A stretch of 63,748 nt of DNA, filler included, from Sphaeroforma arctica JP610 (taxonomy: Eukaryota): NCBI RefSeq assembly GCF_001186125.1. It is 4 parts of 2 records of this genome, joined end to end, with 100 filler letters (N's around TTAATTAATTAA, not from the genome) between each part and the next. Parts side by side here need not be neighbours in the genome. Positions count along the whole stretch, not along the records: positions 37,984 to 60,229 come from NW_014040538.1; 3 more parts are not named here. One strand, given 5' to 3'. Positions 38,157 to 52,800 of the stretch are shown piece after piece (the first letter of the stretch is position 1; the number at the start of each line of letters is the position of its first letter). Below the pieces are notes generated by a model, which was not told the origin of the DNA, made no database searches, and worked only from the letters and a program-made list of their open reading frames with translations. Both the position numbers and the translations under genes were made by a program.

Positions 38157-39753
38157 TTAACGTATTAATGTTGATACTTGTATTACTGGAATACGTTTAA
38201 CGAATTGGACATGAACAAGAACTGAGATATTCAAGATTCTGAACATGTGATAGTACTCAGTAGGGACTCTACTGTGGACAATTAGGTGGTTTTCCAAATA
38301 TAGATTGGTTTTTACACTGAAATTAGAATTGCACATAATATAGGAACGACACCAATCTGACACCTGAAAATGACACTTTGGGAATCTCTAATTAACGGGA
38401 GTACCATGAGAGAGGCTCTCAGGCATGAAATGGTTGTTAGTACAAACCTATGGTATATTTCGATAATAATCTCAGAGCAAAATAATCCACTGAGAAAAGA
38501 CAGGATCAGAGTTGTTAGAATTTAGGACAACATGGTTTTGATTCCTCCTAGCCAGCCAACTAGATGTGCCCGTCTATGCCTTAAATGGGATGGAGAGCTA
38601 GGTACCAAGTGATGGGGTTTAGGTGCAGATGTATAATACTGCACTGACTTGGTGTTTTGATTTTATTTTTGATTTTCTTAAAATGGACTTAGAGATATTT
38701 TATTGGTTAGTTTGATTAGGTAATTGTTTCGAGGCGTGAAATGTAAACTATGCGTCCAATGAAATGATATCTAGTCTTAGTAACTAAAACATAAATAAAT
38801 TTAGACCGAAGTAGTGAGTGATTAGAGCGGAGCATATAGACAATATCCTCAGTCTAAAATCCCCTAATCTTTTGCTCACTACCAAGGGCTGAAGCTAAAC
38901 TTATTTCACATTTCACATTTTAACGTTTAACGTATTTTCTTATTAACGTAAACGTTTTGGTATCGAATAGTCAGCCTAGAGGAGTCCGACTTTTACAATG
39001 GAGGATATGCGCTGAGTCAATTCGAGCCGGTGCTGGCAAAACACTGATACCATCGAATGTGCCATGTATTGGCTTGCTGGCCTACCAAGTAGCGTACCCA
39101 CCTCTGTGGTACGGATCGCGTCTGCGCCGTGTAGTGCCGTGGAATGAGTTGGTGCAGAGTACGAAATACCGAGTAGGACCAGGCTATCCGTCATAATTCG
39201 GTCGAGGAGCGAGGATGGGGGTGAGCCAATGCCGCACCACACCACGGATGCATTCGGGATGTGCTGTCTGGCCTGGATCGATAGTATCATAGGCGGGACC
39301 AACAAGCGCGATGATTTAGTTTGAACCGAAATTTGGAAGTAGTACTTCTAGAGCGTGATTAGCTAGGGTATGGAAAATATCTGTCGATTCCCATAGTACT
39401 GTCGTATCTGGTGCGGTTACTGAGTTGTTGTACTCGTTTAGTTGATTTTTAAAGTGCGCAATGAATTATATTCCAAGGTATACAATGAATTTAGTTGATT
39501 CGTGTCTCCTTGATAAACGTAAATTGTGACCCATTTGGACGAGCGAAAAACGTGAGCACATGTTGCCTGGACTTTGTTCAACGAGTTTTCTTAATAAGGG
39601 TATGCAGTCTTTTTGTGATCGCTTTTTCGCTCCCATTACTGTTGTTTGGTGTGGTCTAGATACCAGGTGCTGTTTTCGAGAGTATGCCATTCACATACTC
39701 TGTGCCTTGGCCCGCCTGTATGACTTACGAGAAGCAATAATTGCACATGATTG

Positions 39754-40436
39754 TGTAAGATTCGGTCTAATAAAGGCGATAGAAATGCCTTAGAATAAAT
39801 AAACGTGTAGGTAAATTCTTAATATCGTGTAAATATCGATATATATAAACGAAATGAGACGTTTAATAAAGTTAGGTTTGCCTCGTGAAAACAGCAATAC
39901 TCTGATAATAAAATTAAAAAAACTCTTGACGTCTTTAGTTATTGTCTTAACCAATAACTTGCCACTATCAAGAATTACCGACTTAACCTTCATCAGACTG
40001 GCACATCTGGTTGGCTTATCAGAGGATCAACTAGGTAACGTTAATATTCCCTAGAAACCTATATTCGGTTGAGCCATCTCGCTACCGAAGTATTCAGATA
40101 TAAATAAAATTAGAAAGTAAATAAAACTCTATTAATAGAACTAGACCAACTCTTTTATGTTTGGTATTTTACTGAGGCCTTTTAATGGCCTCATCCAGAT
40201 ATCTGATATGTTAAATGGAAAAGGTTTAATTAATAAAACCATTAAAAACCATTTTAGGAAACTTAAGTTCCTCGTGCTATTAAGAGCACATTTAGGAGAC
40301 TTAAGTTCCTCGTACTATTAAGAGTATATTTAGGAAACTTAAGTTCCTCGTACTATTAAGAGTACGTTTATAACTTGCGTACTGCTTATAAGTACGTTTA
40401 TACATGGAGTCTAATGTGGAGGCCCGGCTTATTACA
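39754..40436 (-). repeat. Family A solo LTR (internal deletion, 3 x 38-bp repeat)
   Basis: TGTAAGATTCGG...GGCTTATTACA flanked by ATTG/ATTA (4-bp TSD with one mismatch). Confidence 0.92.
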
Positions 40437-42000
40437 ATTAGAACTAGTGGTTTTGCGATGGTTACCGCTGACTTGTCCATCATTGGTCATAAAAGGAATG
40501 AATGTGATACCACTATTATAGTCTAGCAAAGGGACCTATGGTATTCACTTGAATCATATTGCCGGGAAATGCGACTGTTGCCAATTGTATCGGATGACAG
40601 TCCTTCCTGTGGATTTTTGTTCTTGAGAAATGATACACACCCTTCAATATATTATGTTACATTCCCTTTCTGGTGTGATCATGTGTTAACTTTGCTGATT
40701 CTTTGGTGGTTTGTACCGTCGAGACTTTGTGCCTATTTTGTCAACTAATGTTTTACTCGTGCATCAAATTGTGCTAGTTGTATGTAATATGGTTGTGCTT
40801 GGACTGACACAGATAGCTCAGATAATATACTTTGATCCATGCATGAGCGTTGGGCACCTGAATAGATTAGTGCGCTGTATGTGTTGCCATTAATTTGTAC
40901 ACTTATGTGTAATCTTTGATTTCGTGGGCTAAGAATGAAAGAATGGGATATGTAAGCAATATCATTTGCATTTATTAACAACGTTTCATCATCAGTGTGC
41001 ATTCATAATATCTACTATGTTACCATATTAGCTTCCGCCTACTAAGCCTGTCAGTTTTCTTCATTCCTCTCCCGTACCTTGCTTCAATTTATAGTGATGC
41101 ATAACTGGCCCACATGGACATGTTGAGACTGATGTGCTGCACGCGCCAAAGACTTCTTGCGGTTGTTTTCTCTTTTCTTGGGTCACTTGTTGAACGCATG
41201 AGGCGAAGGGTATACACCGCAGTGTGGAAATGGTCTTACACCTCACTGGGTTGAGTTGACATTGCCCCATCCTATGGGACGTCATCGGCCTTGACCTGCA
41301 CCTGGTGGACCCCCCTTTGGGTGGGCCACATTCTGGCGTGACCACCCTTGGTGTGTCAAGTTTTGGACGGTGTGACAATCAGCCAGACAATCAGCCATGT
41401 TAACATGCTTGTTGGCTGGCCACTTCGACGAGAACTTTCTCATTTTCAGGGTCAGAGGTTTTATCCCCTTCATGTAATCTGATTAATACCAACTCGCTAA
41501 TAAAGCCAGTGATTGCAATGATCTCATCGTGATCATTACTATCACAGTTGTTCATAGCTTTATTGCATAATTTTGTCAACCATTGATCTGCTTCTGGTAT
41601 CACTCTCTTTGGCTGCTGAGTGTCTACTTTTCTTCTGAGTTTTTGGGGTTCGCATATTTTAATGGGTGCATCCGCCTTCTGCGCATACAGTTAATCCACT
41701 AATATGCCCACTACGCACGCGTTGCCATCGTATGTTTTCTTGTCGGTCAACACTTTGAGCTTACTCATTGCTGGGTCTGAAAGTAGTCCAACTGCATCCC
41801 ACCTTTTACGTTGCTTAGAGTAGAGTTGTTCGATGTAGCTTGTGATGCTGGCATTGTTCGAGCTTAGATAGCACGAGCTATGACTATACGATTCGTATCT
41901 ACTCTGGTGGTGTGTACGGCTAGAGCTTACATGTGTGCATAGACTCCTCTGTGCTGGTCGTGGCCTTTGATAAGGAGCAGAATTCATTGACTGGTCTATG
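40437..42000 (-). mobile_element. Decayed gypsy gag-protease remnant
   Basis: Protease-like VQINGNTYSALIYSGAQRSCM (40745-41002) preceded by Cys/His knuckle-like gag fragments. Confidence 0.65.
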
Positions 42001-42479
42001 TGTTAAGTTTTCGTTGTAGTATGATAATTCGTAGACTGTCTGATTCACTAACGTAAAAGAGATATTCACCTTAAGTCTGGTTGTTCACTTTAAGTCTGGT
42101 TGTTCACCTTTATGCTGGCCTTCGTTTTGGTGTCTGTGTGGAAGTTAGATGCTTTTCTATGGGATTGAATAGCACAAATTGTCGTTCTCCTTGATCCCTG
42201 GGTTTATGTGGAGGGTTTATGGTTTTAGTCGATAGACTCAGGTTTATGTTTTTTTTTGGGTTGGTTCTTGTAAACTTCTTCTCAGATTATTCTATTTATA
42301 GGACACGAAAGCCGAGGTCCGAGACTGAGTGTACGTTACAGAGAATGTGATATATTTATTTCTAGAAAATATATCAGAGTAGTGTTCTGCTCATACTGAT
42401 TATATGAGTTTTTACCCTGGCCAACCCAAGTGGTTGAACACTAGTACAAACTCCATCAGTATATATCTGGTGAGATCAT

Positions 42480-44280
42480 AAATAAAGTCAGGCGAACGCA
42501 CCATTCTTTAGATACATTTGCACTTTATTTGAAGTCTACTACATCGCACTCTAACAAGTATTCACTTTGACCTTCAACCAATTTCATAGGAAGAGCTTTC
42601 GAGTAGGAGTGGGATGGGTAGTATGAGATTATCACTACAAGTGATAAAATAGTAGTGGAAATAAAAGTGGAAGTGGAAGTACTGTAGAAACAAGTGATAC
42701 ACACCTCTTGTTTGTGATGTACACTTACGAGCAATGTAAAAGGTTTGTCGGGTAGTCCATTTTTTAAGTTTGCCGAAAGACCGCTAGTATATCTCGTCGC
42801 TAATTTTGTAGCTTGAAAAAGTAATAACGATATTGGTTGGATAGTCGTAGGACAGTCCGCATACTACACATGATTTTGTGTGTTAATGCCCCCGCCATGT
42901 GCACTCTCTGAGTATTTGATATGCCATGCAGTGATGTATGCATTCGCTCTCTTCCTCTTGGTGATTAGCGAGTGTATATTTGACATGTTCTGTACTGGTA
43001 TTCAATCACAATATCAGAGTATTAAGACCGTCCTTCAAAGTCTTACACTTCGACTTGTTCTCACTCTATACTTTCGATTCGATCAGTGCATCTATTAAGC
43101 ATTTCGTGTACGCTTTCTAACACTGAACAAAATCCTGTGTAGTAGTGTGACAAACCAGTGAGCCGTGATGGTCTTCGTGTCAGCATATTCAACTGAACAT
43201 TAAAGGTATCTCTATCTATTCGGATGCCGCGATTAATAACATATATATAGTGAGTATAAAGTCGGCTCTGACTATTCCCCATGTCGAGAAGACAGATAAC
43301 TCTCTGAATAGATGTCCTCCCACTTTCACGTTCCGTAGTTGTCCGGGTCGGTGTATTAAGATAGATTGCACCCAATTCATCGCACCCATTGATTTGTCCT
43401 GGACAACCCTGTGTGAATACTTCTGCCTGGTCTTGTCTTATATTGCAGCGTGTATGTTGGGTATTCTGCTCTCAATGGTCGCCATTTGACACGTCCAAGT
43501 TTCTCGATTCATTTGCGTTTGTTATCAAGACGGTTATACCATTTTTTGAGCAAAACCGTGCCTTCCTTGTCCTCGCTGTCTTCAATTTGGGATCGGCAAG
43601 TATCTGGTCGTCATCTCTTGAGCAGGGGTTATAGTTCAACGACGCCATCAGTATATCTAGTACTTCCACTATTTATATCACGACGACCACCACTACTACT
43701 TTACGCCATGACTACGAATTGTAGAAAATAACTACTCCCTTTATGTTTCTCCCCTACTCTGGCTCTTCTTGTCGTTTATGTCGGGTCCCTATCGGTTAGG
43801 ACCAGACCGTGAGCACAAAAGTTAATTCCGCTATGTTGTGACAGTGTTAGTTCTAGACCGTATGCACATGAATTAATTCCGATATCTTGTGGAACTGACA
43901 GTGTTGTTATGTCCGTTGAATTAGGCTATCATTTGTTGAAAGTGTTCTAATATTGTTTGTTTGTCTTGTTGGTGTAGGAGCTACAAAACTAGAATTTGAA
44001 AGTGCCGATCTGCTTTCACTATGTTTAGAAACTGCTGCCTCAACATTGCTTTCTTTCTTATATTCAGTCTCGCTGCCGTGGTTATTGGCATCCTCATCTA
44101 CAGCATACGTCTGTCGTAGACTACCATTACCACTACCAGACCACTACCACTACAACTATTTGATCGTGCTCTAAGACTTATATCCTTGCTCTCAGCTTGT
44201 AGTATTTGTTTTGATAGTTTTCACTTACTGTTGCTGAAATTTATATATACATTCCCTGGTTTTGGAGTGCTAGGGTTTGT
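42480..44280 (-). mobile_element. Decayed retroelement gag/protease/RT-start remnant
   Basis: ICLLDMG protease-like motif (43061-43375) followed by EYLLECDVV-type RT N-terminal trace; heavily degraded. Confidence 0.4.
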
Positions 44281-44289
44281 CAATGACGA

Positions 44290-45851
44290 TGTTAATTTAG
44301 CCAAGGGGTCGTTACAGCAAACATATACCTCTCGAGAAAGCTAGACGTGAGGTAGGTATGGATTTCAAGGGCTTAGACAAAGTCAACGACCAGCCGAAGG
44401 TGATGTTGGCAGAGTACACGCAAATTCGTACGATATGTGCACGGGTACGCACTGCTTTGACGGATGAGCCAGGAGTGGTCTGGGTGTTTTGGAAGAGCAA
44501 ATCCTGGCGTGAGGATCGCCAACTTGGTTTGCTATGAATGCAGACAAGAAATTCCAGAATAGGAATGTCAAAACGTTATGTGAGACGAGTTATTGGTTCA
44601 TATTAGGTGATTGTTAGTATCTACCAGAGCAATGGCAGATCAGAGACGTTGGTCCGTGCGATGAGGGATTGGCTGCGTAGGAAAATCGAGGCTAACGATG
44701 AATCGCCTCACGCCTGGTCGCATTTAATATACAAGATGGTGCGTGTATACAATGCTACGTGTAGCTCGGTGACGTGATTCTGTGGGTTACAGGATAAGGT
44801 TATATCCTTTCTGGAAATAAAGCCCGGCGTACGAGATATGCGTGCTCAGTTGGAACAGCAAACGCGAGCCAATATCAAGCGAGAGAGTGTTGTCTGTTGT
44901 CGGTAGGCTCGAAGGGGTATGGTACCGTTTACGCGGTAAGTCGCACGATTTGCCCTCGTGCCGGAGTGGTCCTGCGCGGGCGGTATCTATGCAGGCACCC
45001 ATCACACACGTGGTTGAGATGCCGGATGGATCTCGACGCAGATTCCTTTGCGTACAGAGTAAAAGCCGAATGGTAAGCAAACAATAGAAGTAGAGATACA
45101 GTCTGCGGTGCGAGAACGTCCGCAAGGGCCGTATGAAGACTGGTTGATGTACCGTTCGCCATTGACGGAAAACTCTGATGGTTATATGCGACGCAAGAAA
45201 AAAGCGTACACTAAGCTCGCCTTGGGATCGCTGTTGGCAGATGTGGTGTGATGAGACAAAATTGTTTTGTCACTCACCACTGGTGAAAGAATCGGGTTCG
45301 AAGAAGATCTTGCACTCGAATTATCTGTATTCGTTGAAACGGGTGCTTCCCATGAAGAAGCGGTGCGACGCGTTCAAGTCACATGTATTGAATGGCTTTG
45401 CTTTTGCGCAGTCAGCGTTTTATCAGAAACAACGCTCGCAGGCTTGGGGTGGGCTGCAAATAGCAGTGAACGGTTCTGGTTTGCCGGCGAGTCGATAGAC
45501 ATAAGTGTCTGCCGTAGTCAGTTTTAAAATCTTCAGACCATTGGGGTGAGGGATGAATAACTCCATCCACCAAGATGGGGTGGAGATGTAAGCATCGCTT
45601 GTTTGTAAATATCTACATATTGTGAATGGTTCAGCCGCAATTGAGTTATGATTACAACATTATAGGGCAAGCAATGGCTAGCTTAGCGGGGAGTCGTCGT
45701 AGACTGTGAGGCTGAACCTAGAGTTGAGATACTTTTCTTCTGGGAATCAGGGATTCAGAACTTGGATACAGTTGATGAGTCATCATAATTGTGTAGTCAT
45801 GGAGGTTGTTTGATGTCAGACTTTTAGCCGTGAAAACTCGGGCTCAAGACA
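44290..45851 (+). mobile_element. Decayed integrase, PPT and short LTR of another gypsy family
   Basis: YQSNGRSETLVRAMRDWLRR...WSHLIYKMVRVYN integrase core; purine tract AAGATGGGGTGGAGA at 45572-45586, then TGTAAG...GACA (45587-45851). Confidence 0.6.
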
Positions 45852-46863
45852 AATTATTTATATATATATATATATATACATACATATATATATATATATA
45901 TATACATATATATATACATATATACACACACACATATATATATATATATATACAAATATAAATATAATGAGTGAGTGTGTGGCAAGGGAACTGCCACACG
46001 CTACGACATAATATTCAGAAAACGAATCTGTTTTAAAAGTCTAACTATCGCATAAGGATCACTCACTCAGTCACAATATACATATATATATATATATATT
46101 TATACATACATACATATAAATATACATACATCCATACACACACATATATATATATATAGTATAAATATAATATACATAATAATAAATAATTAATGAATAA
46201 TAAATATATATATATATGTATATATATATACATAAATATATAAATATGTGTGTATGTATATATGTATATATATATGTATATATATATGTATATATATATA
46301 ATTGATATATATATAATTAATATAATATATATATATATATAATTAATAATATATATATATATATATATATGCTGAGAGAATTACCAGAGAACGTCACTTG
46401 CGTTCTGATCCGAACTTTGAAAATAGAAGCGTATGAGGGCATATCTGCAATATACAACCGAACCCGAAAGAATATATCAGCCATCAATACCATTCCATGT
46501 TTGTATTCACATTCTGACAAAAAATTGCAGTCGCTTGTCGCCGTTTATGCTAGACTGTTACTATCTCGGCCTCAGAGAAACTAGTCAAATAGCAACTGTC
46601 TACAATACAAACTACCAATTAATCTACTGCAACACACATCGCAGACCATTTGGATGAAGGTGGAAGTAGGAAACCGCAATCAATTCTATTATGTGATACT
46701 ATTTAATAAGATATTGGGGCCAAGAGCGACCAAAAGACTTCACCGCTCTCGACTACTGCTCGTCAATCGCAAACACCGCAGAGCAATGAAAGTACAGCAA
46801 CAACGACGTAACCGCCAAATACACAGAAGGGGTATATACGGACGAGCACCGGTTCTTTCCACT

Positions 46864-49800
46864 TCATTTCCGCGCGCTTCGGTTGATTTTGCCGTAGACT
46901 GTTGGGAAAGCGTCCTCGCAGCGATACTATTCCGGTTGGTATGCAGATAGATTATAGCATGTTCAGTGCACACACTAGACATTGGGAGAAAAACAAACAG
47001 ATGTATATCATCCTTGGAAATCGATGACAAGTTCGACGCTTAAGATTACAACCACAAGGGATAGTAAGGATTGTCTAAACACGGTCTGTGGGTCACAGAC
47101 TGTGTCGCTGGTCGGGTGCATGTAACGTACAATTGCGTGAGCTGGTCCGCCGGGCCATAAATAGACATTGAGATCCAAAGCAGCAAATGTCAACACACAT
47201 ATCACATATCAGTAAAACTTCGGAAGAAAAAAAAAGAGGAACACCTTACACGCACTAGTACCTACCTGCTTCCGCAGCTTTTTATATGTGGTGTGGTCAA
47301 ACATCTGCTCAAACTCTTGCTCAGTCATGTAACAATCGGCATAGAGTGCTTGGAAACCTTGAAGACGGCGCACATGTGCTTCCACACGTTTCATCGACTC
47401 GGCGGCTACGAAGCTGAAGGTGGCACGATATACAATGAAATAAATAGTGTCAGTGTCATAATATACATTTACAGACGTGTACGTGTCCACATCATATATA
47501 TATATATATATAAATATATAAAAATAAATAATATACAGACGTGTGCACATCATATACAATTATATAGACATGTGTACATCATATACATATATATATAGAC
47601 GTATGCACATCATATACATATATAAATATATAGACGTGTGCGTGTGTACAACGGACATGCTTTGCACGAACATCACAGTAACCCGAATATGGATGTCTGC
47701 ATCAGAATCAGCGGCAACACAAACAGAGTCACAGGGCTATAGTCAGGATAGCCAAACGAGTGCAAATTGGGTTGACAGGACCGGCTATCATACACATACA
47801 ATGCGGATAGCAATGGCCAAACTACCAAGTCATCTGTAGTACTAAACGCTAGCTACTCACTATACCATTGCCACACCTGGCTCGAATGTCTAACACAGTC
47901 TACGAAACACATGGTCATACAACAAAGCATATCAGCCATATCCCATAAAAGCCGACACATACCCTTTATTAGCGGGATTTCCATACGCGCCAATGTCGAC
48001 AAACATCTCCTCGGGCTTGCCATCAACGATCGCAGGCTTTAAGAACCCGCCGTACTTGGCGTGGGAAGCGCTTGGTAGCTGCATCGGGCACAGCCAGAGC
48101 GGATATAGATCGAACTCGTCATGGAATATATTCACGCACTCGGCAGTGGAGCTGATGGGCACCAGCATGTCCTGATTGTGTAGGCGAAAGGTCAGGGTAT
48201 GTAATACTTCAGATATGCGTCATCGCACTCGTCATGGAATATATTCACGGACTCGGCAGTGGTGTCGATGGGCAAATATGACCTGATTGTGTACTATGGT
48301 TCAGTATCACATGCACATACTAATGAATGTATCAGCACATTCGTCAATGGGCATATACACGGACTCGGCAGTGGTGTCGATGGGCAAATATGATCTGATT
48401 GTGTACTATGGTTCAGTATCACATGCACATACAAATGAATGTATCAGCACATTCGTCAATGGGCATATACACGGACTTGGCAGTGGTATCGATGGGTAAA
48501 TATGATCTGATTGTGTACTATGGTTCAGTATCACATGCCCATACAAATGAATGTATCAGCACATTCGTCAAGGGGCAAATACACGGACTCGGCAGTGGTG
48601 CTGATGGGCACCAGCATGTCCTTTATTGTGCAGGTAAAAGGGGAGATTTGATCACAATCAATTGAGCATCACATCCGTCCACCAAGACATAGATACGCTC
48701 CATAGCACACTAAAAGACACTTTCCACTATTCATCCTCGAAGTAAGACTACGTCATGTGCAAAGTGCACAAGCATAGACCAGGATCATACCATACCTGCA
48801 CAACATGATGTAACTCGTAGAGCTTGCGGGTGGCTTCTATCTGGGTGAGTTTCAGAAGCGACACTTTGGGAGGCACCGCCCAACCGAACAGGTAGCGGAA
48901 TATGGGTTCATTGCCGAACGGAATGATATCCTGTATGGGGTAGTGAACCGGATGCTGGATTAGGACAGAGATAGACGTGATATTCTGCGGACGAGTACAA
49001 CAAGAATCTCTGTGGTACGCTGCCTGCACAGCTGAAAAAATGGCACACAATCGGACATGCACACACACACACACACATATATATATATCTATATATGTAA
49101 ATATACACCTATAGATATATGGGTAGATACACATGCAAATCACCGCAGACATACATAGACAGACGAGCCATATTGGTGCACGAGTGAGAAACCCTTCGTA
49201 TAAATCTGTGGGTGGGTGTTTGTGTATGCACATACGTACCCACACACAAGATGCACCCAACCCCGTGTCCATAAATACCCTGGTCAGCATCGTGCATGCA
49301 TAACTCTATACATATATATACTCGTCAATACAATACCGATAATTCCCAGAATATCGAGCGAGAATGGCGGTGGTAGTAGTCTCGTAGCGGGATGTACTCG
49401 TTTGAAGGTCCTATGGTGAGGAACTGCTCGACATGCTTGTAGAACCAAGGCTTATAATAGTTACCTGTGGTAAGGTGCAAGTATAACCAATGTTAAATTT
49501 TGACTCTGCGTCAATATATATATATATATATACATAAATGCATATATATATACATAAATACATATACATGAACATAAGTATATATCTGAACATGTATGTA
49601 TGTATATATAGATACATGTACATACAGGTGTGCAAATGTATGAAACTACAAACTTAAGCTTTTATACTGATCGTATCATGAGCCGCCACTCATAGCGAGT
49701 GGTTACTGCTTGGTGCTTTGCGCAACTACCCTATACATGACAAAACCGAGACACAAAAGTACACACCCCAATTTTAACAGAAACTCGAAACTCAAACCAT

Positions 49801-52800
49801 ATGTGGTAGTATAATGTGAATTGTGTACAGGTCATATACATACTACAACCAACTTCAGGCCCAACACTTCCGGTCTGAACTTACCGATTGCATTGCGCTT
49901 GGCTTGCACCACATGGTCAGTCATCACGCCAGTCATGACCACTGCCTCGTTTTGTGAGTAGACAAGACATTCAACAAAGTCATTGTCCATGTTTCTCGCT
50001 GCCGCTTCGAAAATCTTTGTGTAGTCTTGTTGCCTGAGTGTAGTTGCGAGGGTGTCCGAACCGGCGAGCGTAATCAGACAAGCATATAGGAGTTGTACCG
50101 TGTGTATCATTTGGTGGGATGTGGACGTGTACGGATTTAGGTATGGCATTTAAGTTGTTTCGACTAATGTGGATTTCAAACATGCGTTGTACAATCTTGG
50201 CTATGGTACATAGTAGCAATACATTAGTAATAAAACAGGCAAGATATAAAGACTTTTCCCTCTAGGTAGGCATAGGGAGTCTAATACAATCTCACTCTGC
50301 ATACACCAAAGTGTATACGTGACGACAGCGTCGTAAGAATCTAGAACCGGGCGCACCTCTCATGTAGCATGTACTGTATAGTGTGGATTAACGAACTCGC
50401 CCTACAGCACGAACACAAGCAATGTCTGCTTATAGCTCGGTGTACTCGCTCATAAACATGTGCATATGTGACGGCAGCTCGTGATAGAGTATCTGCGTGG
50501 TACCTGATGCGTTCCATGGTGCGTATGTACTGGCGTACGTGTGGTATACTTTTGTACAACGTGTTAGGTGCGGAAAGCCAATAGTGAAAGCAATTGCTGC
50601 ACAAAAGGAGTATACACACATACTTTAAGTGGCGCATGTTTTGATAATCTAGCGACCTACGTGTGGTATGATCTATGCACGACAATATATGTGTGACCCG
50701 AAAAGCAATTGCGAACCCATACATTCTAAATATATAATAAGTCTGTGAATTGGTGCAACCCACAAGAACTTATTGTTCCAAGGCGTGGATGTACTTACAT
50801 ACACACGTACTACTATGTACATCACAGCGTACGCGTGTAATGGTAGTAGTAATCAAATCTACGGTACATAAAGGGTGTATAAAATGGGTTTCGCATTTGT
50901 CATAGCGTCTGTGTGACGACTAAAGTATGCCATGGCGAAGGTGAATCGACGCACAAAGTGCTATATCACTGTAAATGCACAGCACACGATGAGTAAAGAT
51001 TCAGTATATGCGTGGTGATTAAAGATTAACTTTGTATGTATATACATGCATACAGTATATGTGTGGTGATTAAAGGTCTCACATGCGCCGTAGCATGCAT
51101 GCAGTCATGTTGGATATACGTGAATTCCTTCGAACCAGTGCGACATTCATGAACTATCGTGTGGTTGGGTGTCCAGTGAGGCTGACGCCTAGAACAGTGC
51201 ACAAGTGATCACTAACCTGATGCACGCTCTGGCCTATGTTTACCATGGTGGGCGTGTTGACTTACGTTTTGCATGGTGGATACGTATTTGTGACGAGGGG
51301 CGTGAAACGTGCACAATAATTCTTGCGAGTCCGGTCTGGTCAACGCATGACAAAAAATGTAGTAGGGTTTGGAGACACCGTACCGACTTGCGTGACACGG
51401 TGAGTATGCAAAGAGTGCATATTTCTTAATAGGTGGTTAACGAATGGCAAAAAAACACATATAGTTTGGCAAAAAGGGTTTCGAATTACGAGTGGTATGG
51501 TGTGTATGCGAATTGCGCGTGTTTTTTGGTAGGCGTTTGACTCGTGGTACAAACAGTATACTTTGACAAAAACGTACTGACTTACGTGTGGCATGGTGTG
51601 TACGTGATGTGTGCGTATTTCTTCGTAGGCACAAGTTTCAACTGGGCAGACACGATGAAACCGAGTGTACCGTACGACCACGGAATGCTGTAGAATAGCT
51701 CCGGGTTCTCGGTCGCACTGCAATTCACCACTTCTCCATCTGCGTGCATGTGAATGTGTAAATGTGTATGTATGATGTATTTAGTACACACATACACAAA
51801 TACTCACAAAAAACCGAGCCCACACACACACACACATATATATATATGGATAGTGGGGGCATATGGTCGTGTACAAGTATCTTGCTACATGCATGTCAAT
51901 AATGGGTACGCAAAAGCGAGACTATATGCACGCAATTGCTCACAATGAGTTGTGCGTATCAATACAGTATATAAATACGTTGCCGACAACACACCCTACT
52001 GTATAGTCAGTAGTCCGTCAACAAAGTATATTGGAAGTATGTACGCAATACAGATATGCATATGCACTTATACACGGGTGTTATCGCAAACACTGTTCTT
52101 CTCACAGTCTAATAAAGATACACACCACACTTCATGGACAACGGTGGTTCTCACAGTTCCAAAGTAGTACACACCACTTGTTCATTGGTCAATTACCTGC
52201 AGTAACCAGTTCAATGCTCTTCACAATGTGTTGAAAGAGGCCGTGCTTGTGTGATGAAGTTTCCACCCCAAAGCCAGCAATGAGCCCTCCTACCTGTATG
52301 TGCCGAATCCGAACAAATGACAAGAATAGGTATGTGTGCGAATACAAGATATATTAAAATACGTGTACACGCACGGCTCAAGGTGGTTTCCATAGACACA
52401 GACCAAATTCTTACAATAAAACCAGCAGGTCCGACATTCTCGTTCTCAAATTGCATCATTAGCACACTTTGAACCTAGTTTAGAAAGGTCGTTTTGACCA
52501 AGAGCTCACACGTACACACTTGTCACTCAAAATGCATCACAACTAAATTAACAAGGTGTCTATCACCCTAGAATCCCTGCAACAAACAGTGTTTTTCCTC
52601 GGGGTGTATGTATGGAGAACAAAGGTCTACTTTCCCCTTCACTACACAATGATTAATAGCATACTGTGAGATCGTCCAATTCGGGCGTGAGGGCTAGAGT
52701 CCAGCCAGTGGGAAGGATCAGTGACGTGATTTGGCCCATGGTGGCTAGCGGTTCAACTGGTAGTATAGATATGCATTTGTTTGGGATGAGTACGTAGAAT

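Noticed and set aside
38958..38975. TGGTATCG possible primer-binding site
   Set aside because: Only a partial match to the initiator-Met PBS consensus and no clear LTR end (CA) adjacent.
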